DNA of 61,929 nucleotides, counting the filler, from Platydemus manokwari (Eukaryota): the NCBI GenBank assembly GCA_037951405.1. It is 5 parts of 5 records of this genome, joined end to end, with 100 filler letters (N's around TTAATTAATTAA, not from the genome) between each part and the next. Parts side by side here need not be neighbours in the genome. Positions count along the whole stretch, not along the records: positions 40,210 to 48,979 come from JBBMOY011352760.1; positions 49,080 to 61,929 come from JBBMOY011942493.1; 3 more parts are not named here. One strand, given 5' to 3'. Shown here one piece after another: positions 40,387-54,018 of the stretch; position 1 is the stretch's first letter; each line of letters opens with the position of its first letter. The notes under the pieces were generated by a model. That model was not told the origin of the DNA. It did not search any database and was given only the letters and a program-made list of their open reading frames with translations. Made by a program: the position numbers and the translations under genes.

Positions 40387-41976
40387 CAGTCTTCGAAACA
40401 TTATCATTTCTACTTTTATATTATATCTGATTTGATCATCATTGTTTTTGTAATTATCGTTATGGTAACGATAAATCATTAAATGTCATCGAATTATATT
40501 AAATTGAAAAGTACATTTGATAAAATTCTAAATTTTGTTTCTAATTCATCAATATTTAGATTGAGTCTACCATTGTTCTGGTAGTATATATTGATTGATA
40601 TTTTTCTAAGTGTTTTTAACATCGGAAAGTCAATAATCGACCACACTCACCATCATCAAACCACACTCACAAAGTCAAAGAGCGATATTAAATAAACAAA
40701 CCGAAAAAACAAATAAGGAAACTGTTCTTTTATGGTTAAAATGATCTTATAATGTTTCACTATATAATAATATTGTATTTAGCGTTACCTACTATTATTT
40801 CATACAGCAAAAATTGAAAAAAAATAAGAATTTCAAACCACAAATGTATATTTATTCAAAATTTTCAAATAAATTAATTTGATAAATTTTATCTTTCAGA
40901 TTCAATATATTTCCCATAGAAAATGATCATTTAAACATTAATTGATTTGAACGTTCTCCTTTTTCTCTTCAATTTCTTGTTATCGAATTCTACATTTATT
41001 ATCTATATTCTCTACCTGAAATTCTTTATTTATTCTGTATCATATCCTCTATCTATCTATCCATCGAAGTTTAGCTTCAAAACTGAATACAATATGTGAC
41101 AAATCAGTAATGTGTTTTTCTTTTCCTCGTACAACCAATATAAACTGATCGTAAATGTCGTAGATTGATAACCTTGAAATGTTTAATTGTCCTATCACAA
41201 ATCATACACAACGACATTACATTGTTATCAATAAAACCATAATTTTCAATCCCTTCTTCTTCAAAACCTTATTTAAAGAATTTAATTATTTTATATAAAT
41301 ATAAAACATATGAGCAGGTCGATGTTGCACATATAAGATGAAGACGTAGCATTAATAATTTAAGCACGTGCTTTATGAGAGAGTGTTGTATTCCTATTAT
41401 CTCCACTACTCCATTCAATGTTCACGCGGTGTGTACAGAGATGAATTGCAATACTATTCTCTCTAATATTATCTGTCTTATCTATGTTTTATATCTTCAC
41501 ATATTTGTATTTAAATAATATATTTTTATTGCACTGCATCGGAATGAGTAAATCAATAATTAACAATGAACATGTTTTTAAAAATAATTCATACTTCTTG
41601 GAAAATATAAATAAAATTGTATGACTCGTTCTAATCGTTCAATGCTAGAACTATCGACGTCATTTGTGCGCTTTAAAAAATCTGTTAGCCATAAGATTGA
41701 AAAATAAATTTGGCTTATAATTCATTTCTGAATAGTTGAAACTATTTATAAAAAATCGATATAAATTCGAACAAAAATAGTTACATCACAACAAATTTCA
41801 CGAAAAATCAATGAATTATATGAATGTACAAGTTTCTTTAAATCTCATTTGCTCTACTCAATGAAAATCAATGTAGAAGGAATGTCTGAGATTTTTCCCT
41901 AATTTAATTTAATCTCATAATTTCAAAATCTGATGAAAATAATGCATACATATTTGACAAAATAATCCAATCTTAC

Positions 41977-42493
41977 ATTTGTCTTCATCTTTTATGTTTT
42001 CTATATCTGCAATATCGATATCAACACATTCGGTTTCACCTTCATCATTGATTAGTTCGATATCAATATTTCCAAGGGTATTTGTTCGTCTTGGTGGAGC
42101 CGGTTTGGGTTTCAAAATAAAACTTGGTGCAAGCGATGCACTGGAAACGGTGTCACCACCTTTCTTTAAATTAGCTGAATTACTTAATCGAATGTTCGTC
42201 GTGTCCGTTTGGTTGTTATCACCAATTATATGGAGGGGATCTGGTTGGGAAGTGTTTTTGGGATCTGTATTCGCCATAAGCACTGGTTGAGGATTGTACG
42301 ATGATGAACTGATTGATGGTTGATCTACTGTGCTACCATTAGAATGCAACGAATAGCCGGTTTCTTGTCGTTCTATCAATATTCCTTTATCACTTTCACC
42401 TTCACTGGTGATCAATGTTGGGATTTGAGGGTTTAAACTATCAATATTGGATTTATCTGTTTTGTCCTCCGTATTGCTAGTGGAAGTCAACCC
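41977..42493 (-). CDS. Probable coding exon of an unidentified gene (disordered, S/T/P/D-rich)
   Basis: About 170 open codons with raised GC, bounded by a tttcag acceptor (about 42494) and a gtaaga donor (about 41976). Contains LKPKPAPPRR. No recognisable domain. Confidence 0.6.
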
Positions 42494-43169
42494 TGAAAAT
42501 TAATTTGATAATTTTATTTAATTTTTTTAAATATTTTTTTTACAATACAACACAATTTTTAAAATAAATTTAATTAATTAAATACTTTCAACAAACAAAA
42601 TCACAAAATAACAAATGATTTAAACGAACGATTTTCAAAAATTTATATTTTTCTCTCCCCGTATAAGCATGCCATGTTAACCAATAAAATAATACGTGGG
42701 ATAAAATAATATCAAAATAAATTCTTTCTCAACTTAAGCACTTAAATATAGCTCCTAAATATATAGAATTATAATTCATGCAATGATTTATGGCTCACAA
42801 GATCAGAATATTGTTCTGATATTAAATATTCAACTGAAAACGAGTTTAAACAAATATGTTTTTGGGATTTTATTTTTTAAAATTGCAATTTCAATAGCAC
42901 AACACACACACTTGTCTATGGAAGACAATAATAGACTGTGTGTCGATTAACAACTGATATGCAAAATAGTGAAATCAATTTGAAATACATTTGTAAAACA
43001 CGATCAATGCAGGTGAATAATTTTACCAATATTTAATAATAATAATAATAAGAACAAGAAATAAGATCAGAGTAATAAAATATAATAAATGGTACAAATG
43101 ATCAATTGGATTTATTTGAATAAATTTATTAAATATACTTTTGTGATTAAATTTATATTTTTATAATTA

Positions 43170-43480
43170 ATTTCTTTTTAATTTTTGGATTTTTCATGTG
43201 ATTTTAGAGCTTGAATAGTTTTAAATGTTATATCACAATTTTTGCATCAATTGGATCTTCACCAATTTTAAATGTCTGATCTGAACTTCATGTTATTGCA
43301 ATGTAATCGCATTCAGTTGTTTTGTGATTAATATGTTGTAATAATAATTTAACACTTATCATCTTTGGCCGAATTTCATTCAATATATTTTGCAATATAC
43401 TTTTTGATTTTTTATGTGCTTTTAAAGCTTGAATAGTTTCAAATGTTATATCACCAATTTGGCATTTACTCGCGTTAATT
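43170..43480 (-). pseudogene. Decayed tandem C2H2 (matrin/U1-like) zinc-finger coding relic
   Basis: Two homologous units, CQIGDITFETIQALKAHKKSK and CKNCDITFKTIQALKSHEKSK, flanked by stops. The direct repeat is visible in DNA (43190-43245 versus 43405-43460). Confidence 0.5.
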
Positions 43481-45029
43481 TTCATTAGGTTTTATATTTA
43501 TTGATTTAAAAATATGTTTTATTCAATAGACTACTTACTGGCAACAAAATTGACGAGATCTTAATAAAAGCTTATTAATTATTATTTTGAATAAATACAG
43601 AGGAGAAAAACAAATAGTAGACCCCAACGGAGGGGAAGTTATTATTTGGAATAATTGTTGAATCTATCCAGTCGTAACAGTGTTCCATTGAGAATTGTCT
43701 GTTGATGTTGAATTTTGCTTTGGTTTCTTTTTTGTTTCAAATTTAAATCACGTCTACGAAATCAATACAATTTCCTCACAGAGACAATTCGGAATTGTAT
43801 TGACCGGCACAACAAATTTCCAAATTCCATAAACAATCACAGTGCAATAATTTTGGATATTTTCCAAAAACAAAAACAAAAAATTGTTTTAATAAATAAA
43901 ATCAATAGCAATTAGGAATTATCGCATATATTTAATAATTTAATATTAATTACAGATTATAAATTAACACAAATTATATGTATAAGATTAAATAATTTAA
44001 TTAATTAATTAATTAATTTTAATCGAAAAATTAATATAAATTAAAAAATAATATTTAATTAAATCATAATTAATTTTAATAAATAAAAATAAATAAAAAC
44101 TAATAGAAGAAATTTATCTATTTGTAAGTCGATCGAATCTTTGTCGAGAGATAAATATCTTCCAACTTAAAATGCCATTAAATATTTCATGAGTCTCATC
44201 ATTAACGATTATAAACAAAATATTATCATCGCATGTTTAATGATAAATGAATTGAATATCAACATAAAATTGATCCCACAGATTCACTACTGAATATACT
44301 ACGAATTAATTCGATAAATAATTTAATGATTCTACTGTAAAATGTTTTTCACAATAGCGCTTTGGTGAAATAATTTTTGGATATTATAAATGGTGATGGA
44401 GACATCGATTATCAAAATCAAACAAATCATTTACATGAGCAGACTGAAATAAATTTGTTTAATAATACAGTTGGATTATTTTTTCATATTATTTCATGAA
44501 ACCAATATAAATACTCGAGTTAATAATTCATCTGATCGATTCCATTTTAAGTTGATATTTTATGTTTAGTTCGAGTTCATTGGTATTCTAGATTTTGCTA
44601 ATAACAGCCTAATAAACAAATATTTGTAAAGGCGGATAATTCGATGAATTTTGAGCTTGAATTCAAAATTTCACCAAACCAATATTTATTCAATTTATTT
44701 GTTGAAGAAATCTGTCAATTTTTTATGATAAATTACTTCAATTTCTCTATTCCAAAAAATAGTTATAAAATTCAATTTAGTATGACCTTGACTAAGAATG
44801 TCTATGAATTGAATTTCGATATCTTTTATCAGTATTAGAGATAACAGTTTGACGATATTTTTAAAATGTTAGATATAAACATATTAATAATAATTAAGTT
44901 TTGATGAAAATAAAGACGACCTAAAATTTAAAAGGTTATTTAAATCACCAACTTGCGATTTCAAACAACTACATCATCGTTCATATTTTATAGTTTAAGA
45001 ACAAGATTAAAGTTAAAAAATAGATCTTA

Positions 45030-45560
45030 AAATAAAATTTTTGGTTAAAGTTAAAAAAGGTGTCTTAAAATAGAATTTTAAATTTGTTGAGTGTATTGCA
45101 AAAATCTATATAGTTTATTTAATGGTATTCTTTAAAAACATTTTGAATTATTTTTATTTAATTACTTATGAAGAATTTTGGTTATTTGAAATTAAAAATT
45201 AAATACGCTAGAGCCTCAAAATCTCCAAACATTTTTATATTTGAAAAGCAGGCCAAAGTAGATAAAATCGAAATTTATTGAAAATTGGCGAGGACTATTT
45301 TCGACATTAGAAACAAACTGATAGATACTCTATAGTTTTACTGTTATTTTATAAAAGGCTTAACTTAATAAAAAGGGTTTCATGTATAATTTAATTTCAA
45401 ATTATTTTTATAATGATATTTTTATTATATTTTGACTTGATATTCAATATTCGAGGTTTTTAAAGAATATAATCATATAGATTTATGCAATACCCTCAAC
45501 AAATTAAAAAAAATTATTTTAGGACCCCTCTTTCTTAACCTTAGCCTTAATTTTTAATTT
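45030..45560. mobile_element. MITE-like element with about 110-bp imperfect inverted arms
   Basis: 45043-45150 (aatttgttgagtgtattgcaaaaatctata..tattctttaaaaac) is the reverse complement of 45445-45550 (gtttttaaagaata..tatagatttatgcaataccctcaacaaatt). Confidence 0.75.
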
Positions 45561-48500
45561 TATTTGTACGAAGCCTTTGAAAACATATTCCAGAGAAACA
45601 TTCCAACAATGGTTTTAGGATGCAATGAACAACTTGTTGAATTCTTGATAGAAAAACAACTATCTATTAGACACGAAACAGTTTTGTATGAAGTTTATAG
45701 CTTATTTATAGTGATAAATATCATTATGGTTGACTTTAACAATTTATTAGATAATAAACTCACTGCTAGTTCTAACATTGTAATTAATCTAAAAAATATT
45801 AGAAATTTGGACTGTATTATGTAGTCTATAGTATATAATATATTTTAGTATACAACCGATAAACAAAATTTCTTGTATAATATTATCACAGATAATATTC
45901 ACCATCATATTTATAATAAAAATGTAGGAAAATATAAGATTAGGATTTTCTGTAATAGATGGCGAGTTATTTTTTTAATCAGTTTAAATCTGGTCTCGAT
46001 AATAACATCATGAAGAAAGAATCAAAAATATTTCTGAAAATACAAAATATTCCCTTTTTTAATTGGTTATCTTGCTACGTGGACCCTATAATTAAATTTC
46101 CCAAATCAATTTAATTTGGCCACTATATTAAAACAAACACAACACACAATTTAAATAAATCTTACAAATGCAGAACAATGATAGAAATTAATCAATCCGT
46201 ATTTGAAATGGACCGAAATCAAATATCTCAAATTCACTTATAACCGAAACTGAATTATAAAATTTTTTTAAAGTTATTAAATATAATTTGACATTTTTTA
46301 TTCTTTGTTTAAGAAAAAAAAATACCGACCAAAGAAAACATCGAAAAATACATTACTACTACTTCCGACGGAGTTAATGTAAAATTTTAATGAAAATTTT
46401 ATTTAGTGATTTTTATTTTATTTTAAAATTGAATAATATTTAATTTTAAAACAAATTGTAAAAAACAGCAATAACAACTTATAAATAAATCTAGCAAAAC
46501 GTCAGTAGCAACAAGTTTATTTAAATTTTCACAAATTATTATTAGGTAGGTTGATTTTATTCTGATTTATTTTTCAACAACGTACTACAATATCGACATA
46601 CATTGAGAACTAATGTGGAGTTATACACTATCAAGAGTATATTAAATTGAATAATAAAATTGTATTTTATTGTAAATCCATTATATTTCGTTTGATAAAA
46701 ATAAAGTTATATCATTCAAAAATTAACACTATAAATAACCACACAAATTACCATAGTGTTCAAAAACAATAATTTACATTTTTTTGAATTCAAAATAAAC
46801 TTGATAAAAACACAAAAGTTAAATTAAAATGGGACGGTTTTTATTAAGAAGTTATTTTCGTTTTGAAATTACAGTTATCACGAATTTCAGAAACAAACGT
46901 GTTATCACGACATTTATAATTTAATCTTCGATATCGTACGAGAAATTTTAAACAAAATCTTTTATATGTTATGTACAAATATTTGATGGTTAATTTTGGA
47001 ATTTATTAATCATCTTTAATTCTATTACTAATTGATATCAATATTAATAAATATTAACAATCTTTTTAATTATTTTTTAATGTAATTTATTCATTGAAAA
47101 CTAATCGAAATATTGAAAAATAAAAAAATACACAAAAAACTCACTTTCTATTGATATCAAATACTGTTAGTCAAATATATAAGAACTTATAAACTAATGT
47201 AGCAAATTGATTAAATATTGTATTGTCAATGATAATTATACGTAATTTAAAATCATTATTTCAAGTAGATTTGCAATTTTGTACTTTAATTCCGAACGAA
47301 ATTCCAATCTTTATTACAATCAATAATTTAGTTTTAATTTATAAATGATTGTTAATTTTGAAATAAATTTAAGCTTTTTGTAAAAAAAATTACTACAAAT
47401 TATATTCAATTAAAATTAACTTTGTTTATCTAAATCAATATTATTTGAATGTAAATAAATTTTAAGTTTATGAACTCCAAACATATCTATTTTCTCGAGT
47501 TGTAACAATAAATAAAATTTGTTACAAAAAAGCTATTGAAAACAATAAAAAGTTTTACATTAAGTCGATGAACAAAATGAATTTGAATTAATTAGTATTT
47601 AGATTGTCTGTTACTTAAACATTGTTATTTAAATTGATAAAAAAAATGAATATAAATTCAAAGCTGATCCGATCCAATCGATAATGTTGTTAATTGGCAT
47701 CTAATTATGTGTTCGGTTTTATGCAGCTAATTATTTTTTATGTTCTAAATTACAAACACAAGTTTTGTTTAATTATGAAATAACGAAACATTTTTCCGTG
47801 TTAGACTAACAATATTTGAAAGTGAATCATTTTTGATAAGTCATGTCTGCAATGGAAAAATTGATTAATATTCATCTCTCGGCTGAATTAAGTAAAAAGT
47901 ATATTTCTCGAATTAATACCAATTCGTCTTTTTGTAAAACAGCGCCAAGAAATTCATTTCGTTTTGTAAACTGAATTGGAAATTCTGCTTATTAATTATG
48001 AAGGAAATTTCGTCGGCATCGCGGCAATGAAATGGTAAAGGAATGCAACGCATAATTCTGATACTTGTAATTGTCGAACTGTATTTTTGGATATTATATA
48101 TATTTAATTGACAATTTCTCTGATATATCAATGAAGAAAATATGGGAAACTAATTATCTTAGTTTATTATTATCAAAAGTTAAAAAAATATATGAATTTT
48201 ATGGTCATGTAAAGCTTAGCAAATTTGTTATTAGTCGATTGGAATGGAAAAATAATGAAAATAGAAAGCATATTTTAAATATTTGTGCTAAAGTTATGAA
48301 AAGTGGTCCTTTCGTAATAATGAATTTTCGAGCATGAGATAATTTTATAAATTAATTTTCTTTATAAATGTGATGTTTGATTTATTCATATATTTCATTC
48401 AAGATATCGCATTTTAGGATGCTTAAAAAGGACAAAACATAGTTTTAAAATAGAGTTCCTTTTCTGATCACAACACTTCTATATGATTATTTGAGTTTTT

Positions 48501-48649
48501 AAATTCAAATTGTTTAATTATAAATCCGATTAGTTACTTATCGACATGATTAATTGTATAAATTACGAGTATCTCTCAATTTACTTCTGATGTTCAATAA
48601 AAGGAGTCTGCGATAATTTTCAATAAATTACAATTCGACCTACTTTTAA

Positions 48650-48762
48650 ATTCAAAATGTTTTTAAAGAATATAATTAAATAAACTATATTGATTTTTGC
48701 AATACACTCAATAAAATTTAAATTTTACTTTAGGACCCCTTTAATTAACGTTATCCAAAATT
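48650..48762. repeat. Additional copy of the MITE arm
   Basis: ttcaaaatgtttttaaagaata..tttttgcaatacactcaa..taggacccct is the near reverse complement of 45040-45150. Confidence 0.75.
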
Positions 48763-48979
48763 TACACACCAACTCAATTCACTTAATTATGAATGCGTGT
48801 CGGAAATATTTCATATTAACAAATGGTAATGATCATATATATATACCGTACGATTCATAAATCTACGTCTCTAAAACTAAAATAAAACAACAAAACACAA
48901 TGTAATTTATACTCACATATTTATACTCATTCATATTAATTATTATTCACTGATTAATGTACTTTATTTCTTATTTCTT

Positions 48980-49079
48980 NNNNNNNNNNNNNNNNNNNNN
49001 NNNNNNNNNNNNNNNNNNNNNNNTTAATTAATTAANNNNNNNNNNNNNNNNNNNNNNNNNNNNNNNNNNNNNNNNNNNN
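48980..49079. other. Artificial scaffold spacer
   Basis: Same construct. Confidence 0.97.
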
Positions 49080-49517
49080 ATAACTCCTTTATTTATCAAT
49101 GCAAGAACAATGAAAAATTCCCATTAAATAAATTATTCTATTAAATAAAAATTTTTCACCTTTTTTTCAATTTGAGTTGAGATGTATACATGAAAAGCCA
49201 ATTTAAAAAATACCGCTAACTACCTGATTGATAAATTGAACATTTTGAATCTTTCAAATTTTAATTAATTTTTATAATTGAATGTTATCTAGCAATAGAA
49301 TTGGCCTAGAAATGAACCATGAATTTATAAAATTCAAGTATTAAGAATTAGTTGAAAGCCTCATTTTACTTTTAATTATCGAGATATCTTTATAATCTTT
49401 TGTCTTATACTTATTTTTTACAAGTTCCTTAATAATCAAAATCGGTATTAAAATTGCAAAAATTCCAGATAACAAAATTAATTTATGAAATAATTAGAAA
49501 AAACAAATATCTCAGTT

Positions 49518-50607
49518 TCAATCGGTGAGATATTCTCCGCCACAATCCATCACTTCCTTCCACCGTTATGGCGGTTTGTCAATCTCACGTTTGAAATAGA
49601 TTGGTGATTTTTGGTCGGAAAATTCTTCAATCCACGTTGTTATTACTTTTTCGTTTTCAAATGTGATCCCAGAAAGATGGTTCGACATGAATCGGAATAG
49701 ATGAAAACCTGTTGGGGCTAAGCCTGGCGAGTATAGATGGTGTGGAAAAATTTCCCAGTCAGGCTCTTTAATAGCCAACTTTGTTATTATGACGACATGA
49801 GGCCAAGCATTGACACAATAAAATTCGGCATTGATTGTTTGGTTTTTTGGCAAGATTTTGTAATGAATAACACCAACTTGGTCTCACCAAACGCGCAACA
49901 GTGTTTCGCGTTGATGAACTTAGGTTTTCGGATGTGGTTGTGATTGCTTTTGAGGACTTACCCAAACTTTTTGTGTTTCAAATTTAAATACAGACACCAG
50001 TTCTCATCACTTGATACGATTCTGGAAAGGAAAGATTGATGTTGTTGCACAGTGAACGAGTAGTAATGCGGAAATTGAAACACTTTGATTTTTGCGACCC
50101 ATGCTGGAAGCTTTTGAACTTTTGCCATTTTCTTGAAATGTCTAGAAATAGTGGTGCAATCACAATCAATGGCTTATCCAAGCGCTTGTGGCGATTGACG
50201 CGGATCATCATGAATCAATTGGTTCAAACAGTCTTCATCAAAGTCACTAGGTCGGCCTGACCGAGTTGCATCGTTTAAGTCAAAATTTCCACTGTTAAAT
50301 TTCGAAAATCACTGTTGTGCTGTTTGTTCACTGACTGCCTTTTCTCTACAAACGCAGCAAATCATTCTGGTGCGTTCTGCAGCGTTTAAATGTTGATTAA
50401 AATAGAAAAGAAGTAGATGGCGGAAATGTTCATTTGTATCTCCCTGACACTCCATTTTAATGAGGGTAATAAAAGTGAAAGTTAGTCTAAAATGATTAAA
50501 ATCGATAACTCAGCTGAATGAATGTAACTGAAATCAGTAAAAACACGAAGTTGATGTGTTTTCTTTGCAACAAATAAAACTGTACGAATTTATGCACCAA
50601 CCCAATA
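49518..50607 (-). mobile_element. Defective mariner (Tc1/mariner, cecropia-like) DNA transposon
   Basis: TA plus TIR TTGGGTTGGTGCATAAATTCGTACAGTTTT at 50607-50576. ATG at 50455. HFRHLLLFYF, FNSGNFDLND..RSGRP, IVSSDENW, NQTINAEFYC, HHLYSPGLAPTGFHLF, RWKEVMDCGGEY. Contains stops and frameshifts. The second TIR was not found. Confidence 0.93.
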
Positions 50608-50941
50608 GTTAAATCAATATATGTCTAATTTTCACGACTATTACTAACAATATCATCATATATTATATAATTAATCTTGACTTTATTGTACCCTTTGCTT
50701 TGATTCAAGTAAAATAAAATTTATAGCGAAATATTTTTTTTTCAATTAACACAAAATAAACTTTTTTGACCATTATAATTAATTAAAGGAGTACGCAATT
50801 TATCATTCCTGATAACACCTGATAAAATCATAACTTCAGTGACAAATATAAAAGTTTTATAATATTATTTTTTTGTTTATACTACTAGGCATACCTGGAC
50901 TATTTGAACAATTAGTAAGGTGAAATTCTCAAAGTTGCCAT

Positions 50942-51653
50942 TGTTAGAATTATCAACTTATGCTAAATACCAAATTAATAATTTAAGATCACAATCGCTT
51001 ACAAAACCGAATCGTCAATAATCACAGTTCAAAATCACACTCAATAATCAATGAATAATCATCACAAGGCGGGATCATCATCTGAAAATTAAACATCGAC
51101 ATAGAAAGCTATTAAAACTGGTTGGTAGAAAATCAAGTAAAAGACTCACATAATGAAAATGATCAACTAAAAAGACTGCCAAATGCTCGTGAGATGCAAC
51201 TCCTTTTGAATGCTTATCATGTGTGTTCACTTGATGACTCAAGGACTTATTCTTACTTCACACGTCGGTCTGTTAGCAAATTTTCTTATATCTCTTGTTT
51301 TATATCTAGCGTATTTTGATGTTTGATGCCTGTTCTTGATATACACCATTTGATTATCGAGTTCTAGATGTGAATTGATATACAGGAAAAATTGATTGGC
51401 TATTTCCATAAGCGTTGTCGAATCTGTGCGAATCAACTTTGAGGGTTATTTTCATGATTTACGTGGATATTTTGCTTGTTTTTAAGATCTATCAAACATG
51501 ATTGTAAAGTAAATCTACAACACTCAAAATCTTAAATCAAACTTATTTAGAAAAGCAAAAGTTCCAAGAGTCAAATTTCAAAACACAATTGGCTCACCTC
51601 AAAAAGATAAAAAAAAAATAGCCACAAAAATTACTAATCACTGAAGTCTGACA
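50942..51653 (+). mobile_element. Solo LTR-like repeat, family B
   Basis: TGTTAGA...TCTGACA inverted TG..CA termini. Internal similarity to 58510-59100. Confidence 0.55.
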
Positions 51654-54018
51654 GTCTTGAAGCTTTGTTTTTCATTTGTTCGAATTGTCTGAAGACCAGC
51701 CAATTGACGAATTTCCTTCTATATTGCAAGATATTGGTATTCCTGAATGTTCATTATCTGTTGTTACTGTGCATCTATTTTCAATCGAAATACATCTCGT
51801 GTTTGATAATTCGAAGGCATATTATTGGAACGTGTGTTTATCTTTCCTGTGTGTAGTAACCTTTTGAAGGTTACTCCGATGGTTTCGATAATTATTCTTC
51901 ACCTTTTATCACATACTTCACATATCCCCCTTATCCCATAAGACTTTTTCACAAAATCTTAGGTTTCTTGTCGCTATCCATGTTACTTTCGATACCAATT
52001 GAAACGATTCAAAGAATGTAAAGTTTTTGGCTTGCACATATTATCACCAATATAATAAACAGCAATAAATTATAATAATAATAATAATCTAAATATTAAT
52101 AATAACACTAATAATGATAAAAATAATATCAGCGACATCGTGTGCAGAAACAATAATGATAACCATAATAATCACGGGGATAATAGAATTGCAATAGAAA
52201 GTATAAACAGCAATATGACTAATATCGCAATGATGTTTATAATAAAATAATAAACCTGATGATAATTAATAATTGTAGAGTTGAAAAAAAGGTTTGCCCT
52301 GCTAATATTAGTAATTAAATTATATTAATAATAAATTTATTAATTAAATAAAAATAATTTTTCATTTTTTTGGTTATCTGTTAAGAGAAAGAATGGTTTA
52401 TGGCTTTTGGCAACTGATTGTCGGATCAAAGCTCCACCACCCACCTGCATTTCCGCAATTCATATTTAATACTCGATTCTGGCAACTGCGAAGCTTATTA
52501 AAGTAGTGGGAGATGCCCATTTCTTTATCGAAATTAAATAATAAATATCTTTGTTGGATAACCCAATTGGTTGGCCATTCAGATTTGAGTTAAATGGTTT
52601 TATTTTTTTCTCGTTCCTCACTTATTTTTTATGCATGTTTTCCAGCTTTCCACTAGCTCAAAGTTATGTATCTGTCGTGGATTCTTAGCGCATTTAATTT
52701 AATTTTTTTAGGAGAATGACCATTGAAATCCTCATTGATTACCTGTGTCTTTTTTCATCTTCCGTGCATTTCAGTTGAAATAATATTGTAGTTAGTGCAA
52801 TATGAATTTGTACTTTGTTTTTCACTTCTATCAGCATCACAACTTTACTCACTTGATAGGACCAGGTCCATCGATTTGGATCATATTTCTCATTATCTTT
52901 TAATTTCATCTCATAATATGATATTAATGACAAATATTTTGTATATGACCGAAGATTTTTAAATGTTACATGTGTAATTTTGTAAATTGGCTGTGTTGTA
53001 TCATGCCCGTCTTTTTGGCCTAGTTTTATCTTGACTCTTATTTTTCGTGCCAAATGTGAAATGTTTGTAAGAAGTCACATCATTTGAACTCATAAAATGG
53101 GTCTTATCAAAATGCTATCTTTCAAATGAATAGACTATATTAAGATAAATTTCCGATTCGAGCTTTATTCGTGTAATCGTCCAATATGAATGCATGAGAA
53201 ATACTCTGATGTTTTTAACCAAATTCGATCTGAGCCAGATTTGTTATGTTTATAAATCCTAATGAATTTGGTGTGGAACAAACGCTTAAACATTCTACTA
53301 GTTCTATTTCTGTCCTTGGGTGTATCATAATAGTATAAACCTGTTTAATTCACAGCATCATTAAATTCAATACAAAATTAAAATAATTATTTAATGGTGC
53401 AGTCGAAAAAGAAATTAGGAATGAACAAGAAAATGATAAATAAAATAGCTCTTTCTTGCATAAAGTCTAATATAAATGCGAGCTATCTACTATGGAGGTT
53501 CCACGTGGGAAAGAGAACAAATACAGTCTTAAAAATAATTGAAGAGGATATCCAAGATAACATCGACTGGATAGCGGAGACAGAATCGATTGAAATGTTG
53601 AATCGATCGTACGATTGAACTAGCTAACTGTGATTCATGGATCGATCGAAAGAAATAACTATTTACATCCCATATTTTGATGTATGGGTATCTCGAATAT
53701 TAAGGTTTATGAATAAATATTAGTAGTAGTATTAGTATTGAAAATTTTGTTTATCTTTAATGAAATTAACTCCCAATCATTTATTAATGGTATTTATTGA
53801 TTAAATTTTTTCTGAAAAATACTGAAACTTATTTATTTTTATTCTTTTATTTTATCCCCTTTTTAAAAATAGGCATTTTGTTTTGGAATTTAAGTAGTAA
53901 TATGTTAAAATAAACGACACAATGTCTTACGTAAAAAATTTTAAAATAAAGTAAAATTTATTATTCTAAAAATAAGTCATTTTAATTGATAAAATATTTC
54001 TTTTTTATTGTCAATAAT

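Noticed and set aside
17770-49079. Identical TTAATTAATTAA palindrome repeated four times
   Set aside because: Always centred in a 100-nt N gap; it is an assembly linker with stops in all six frames, not biology.
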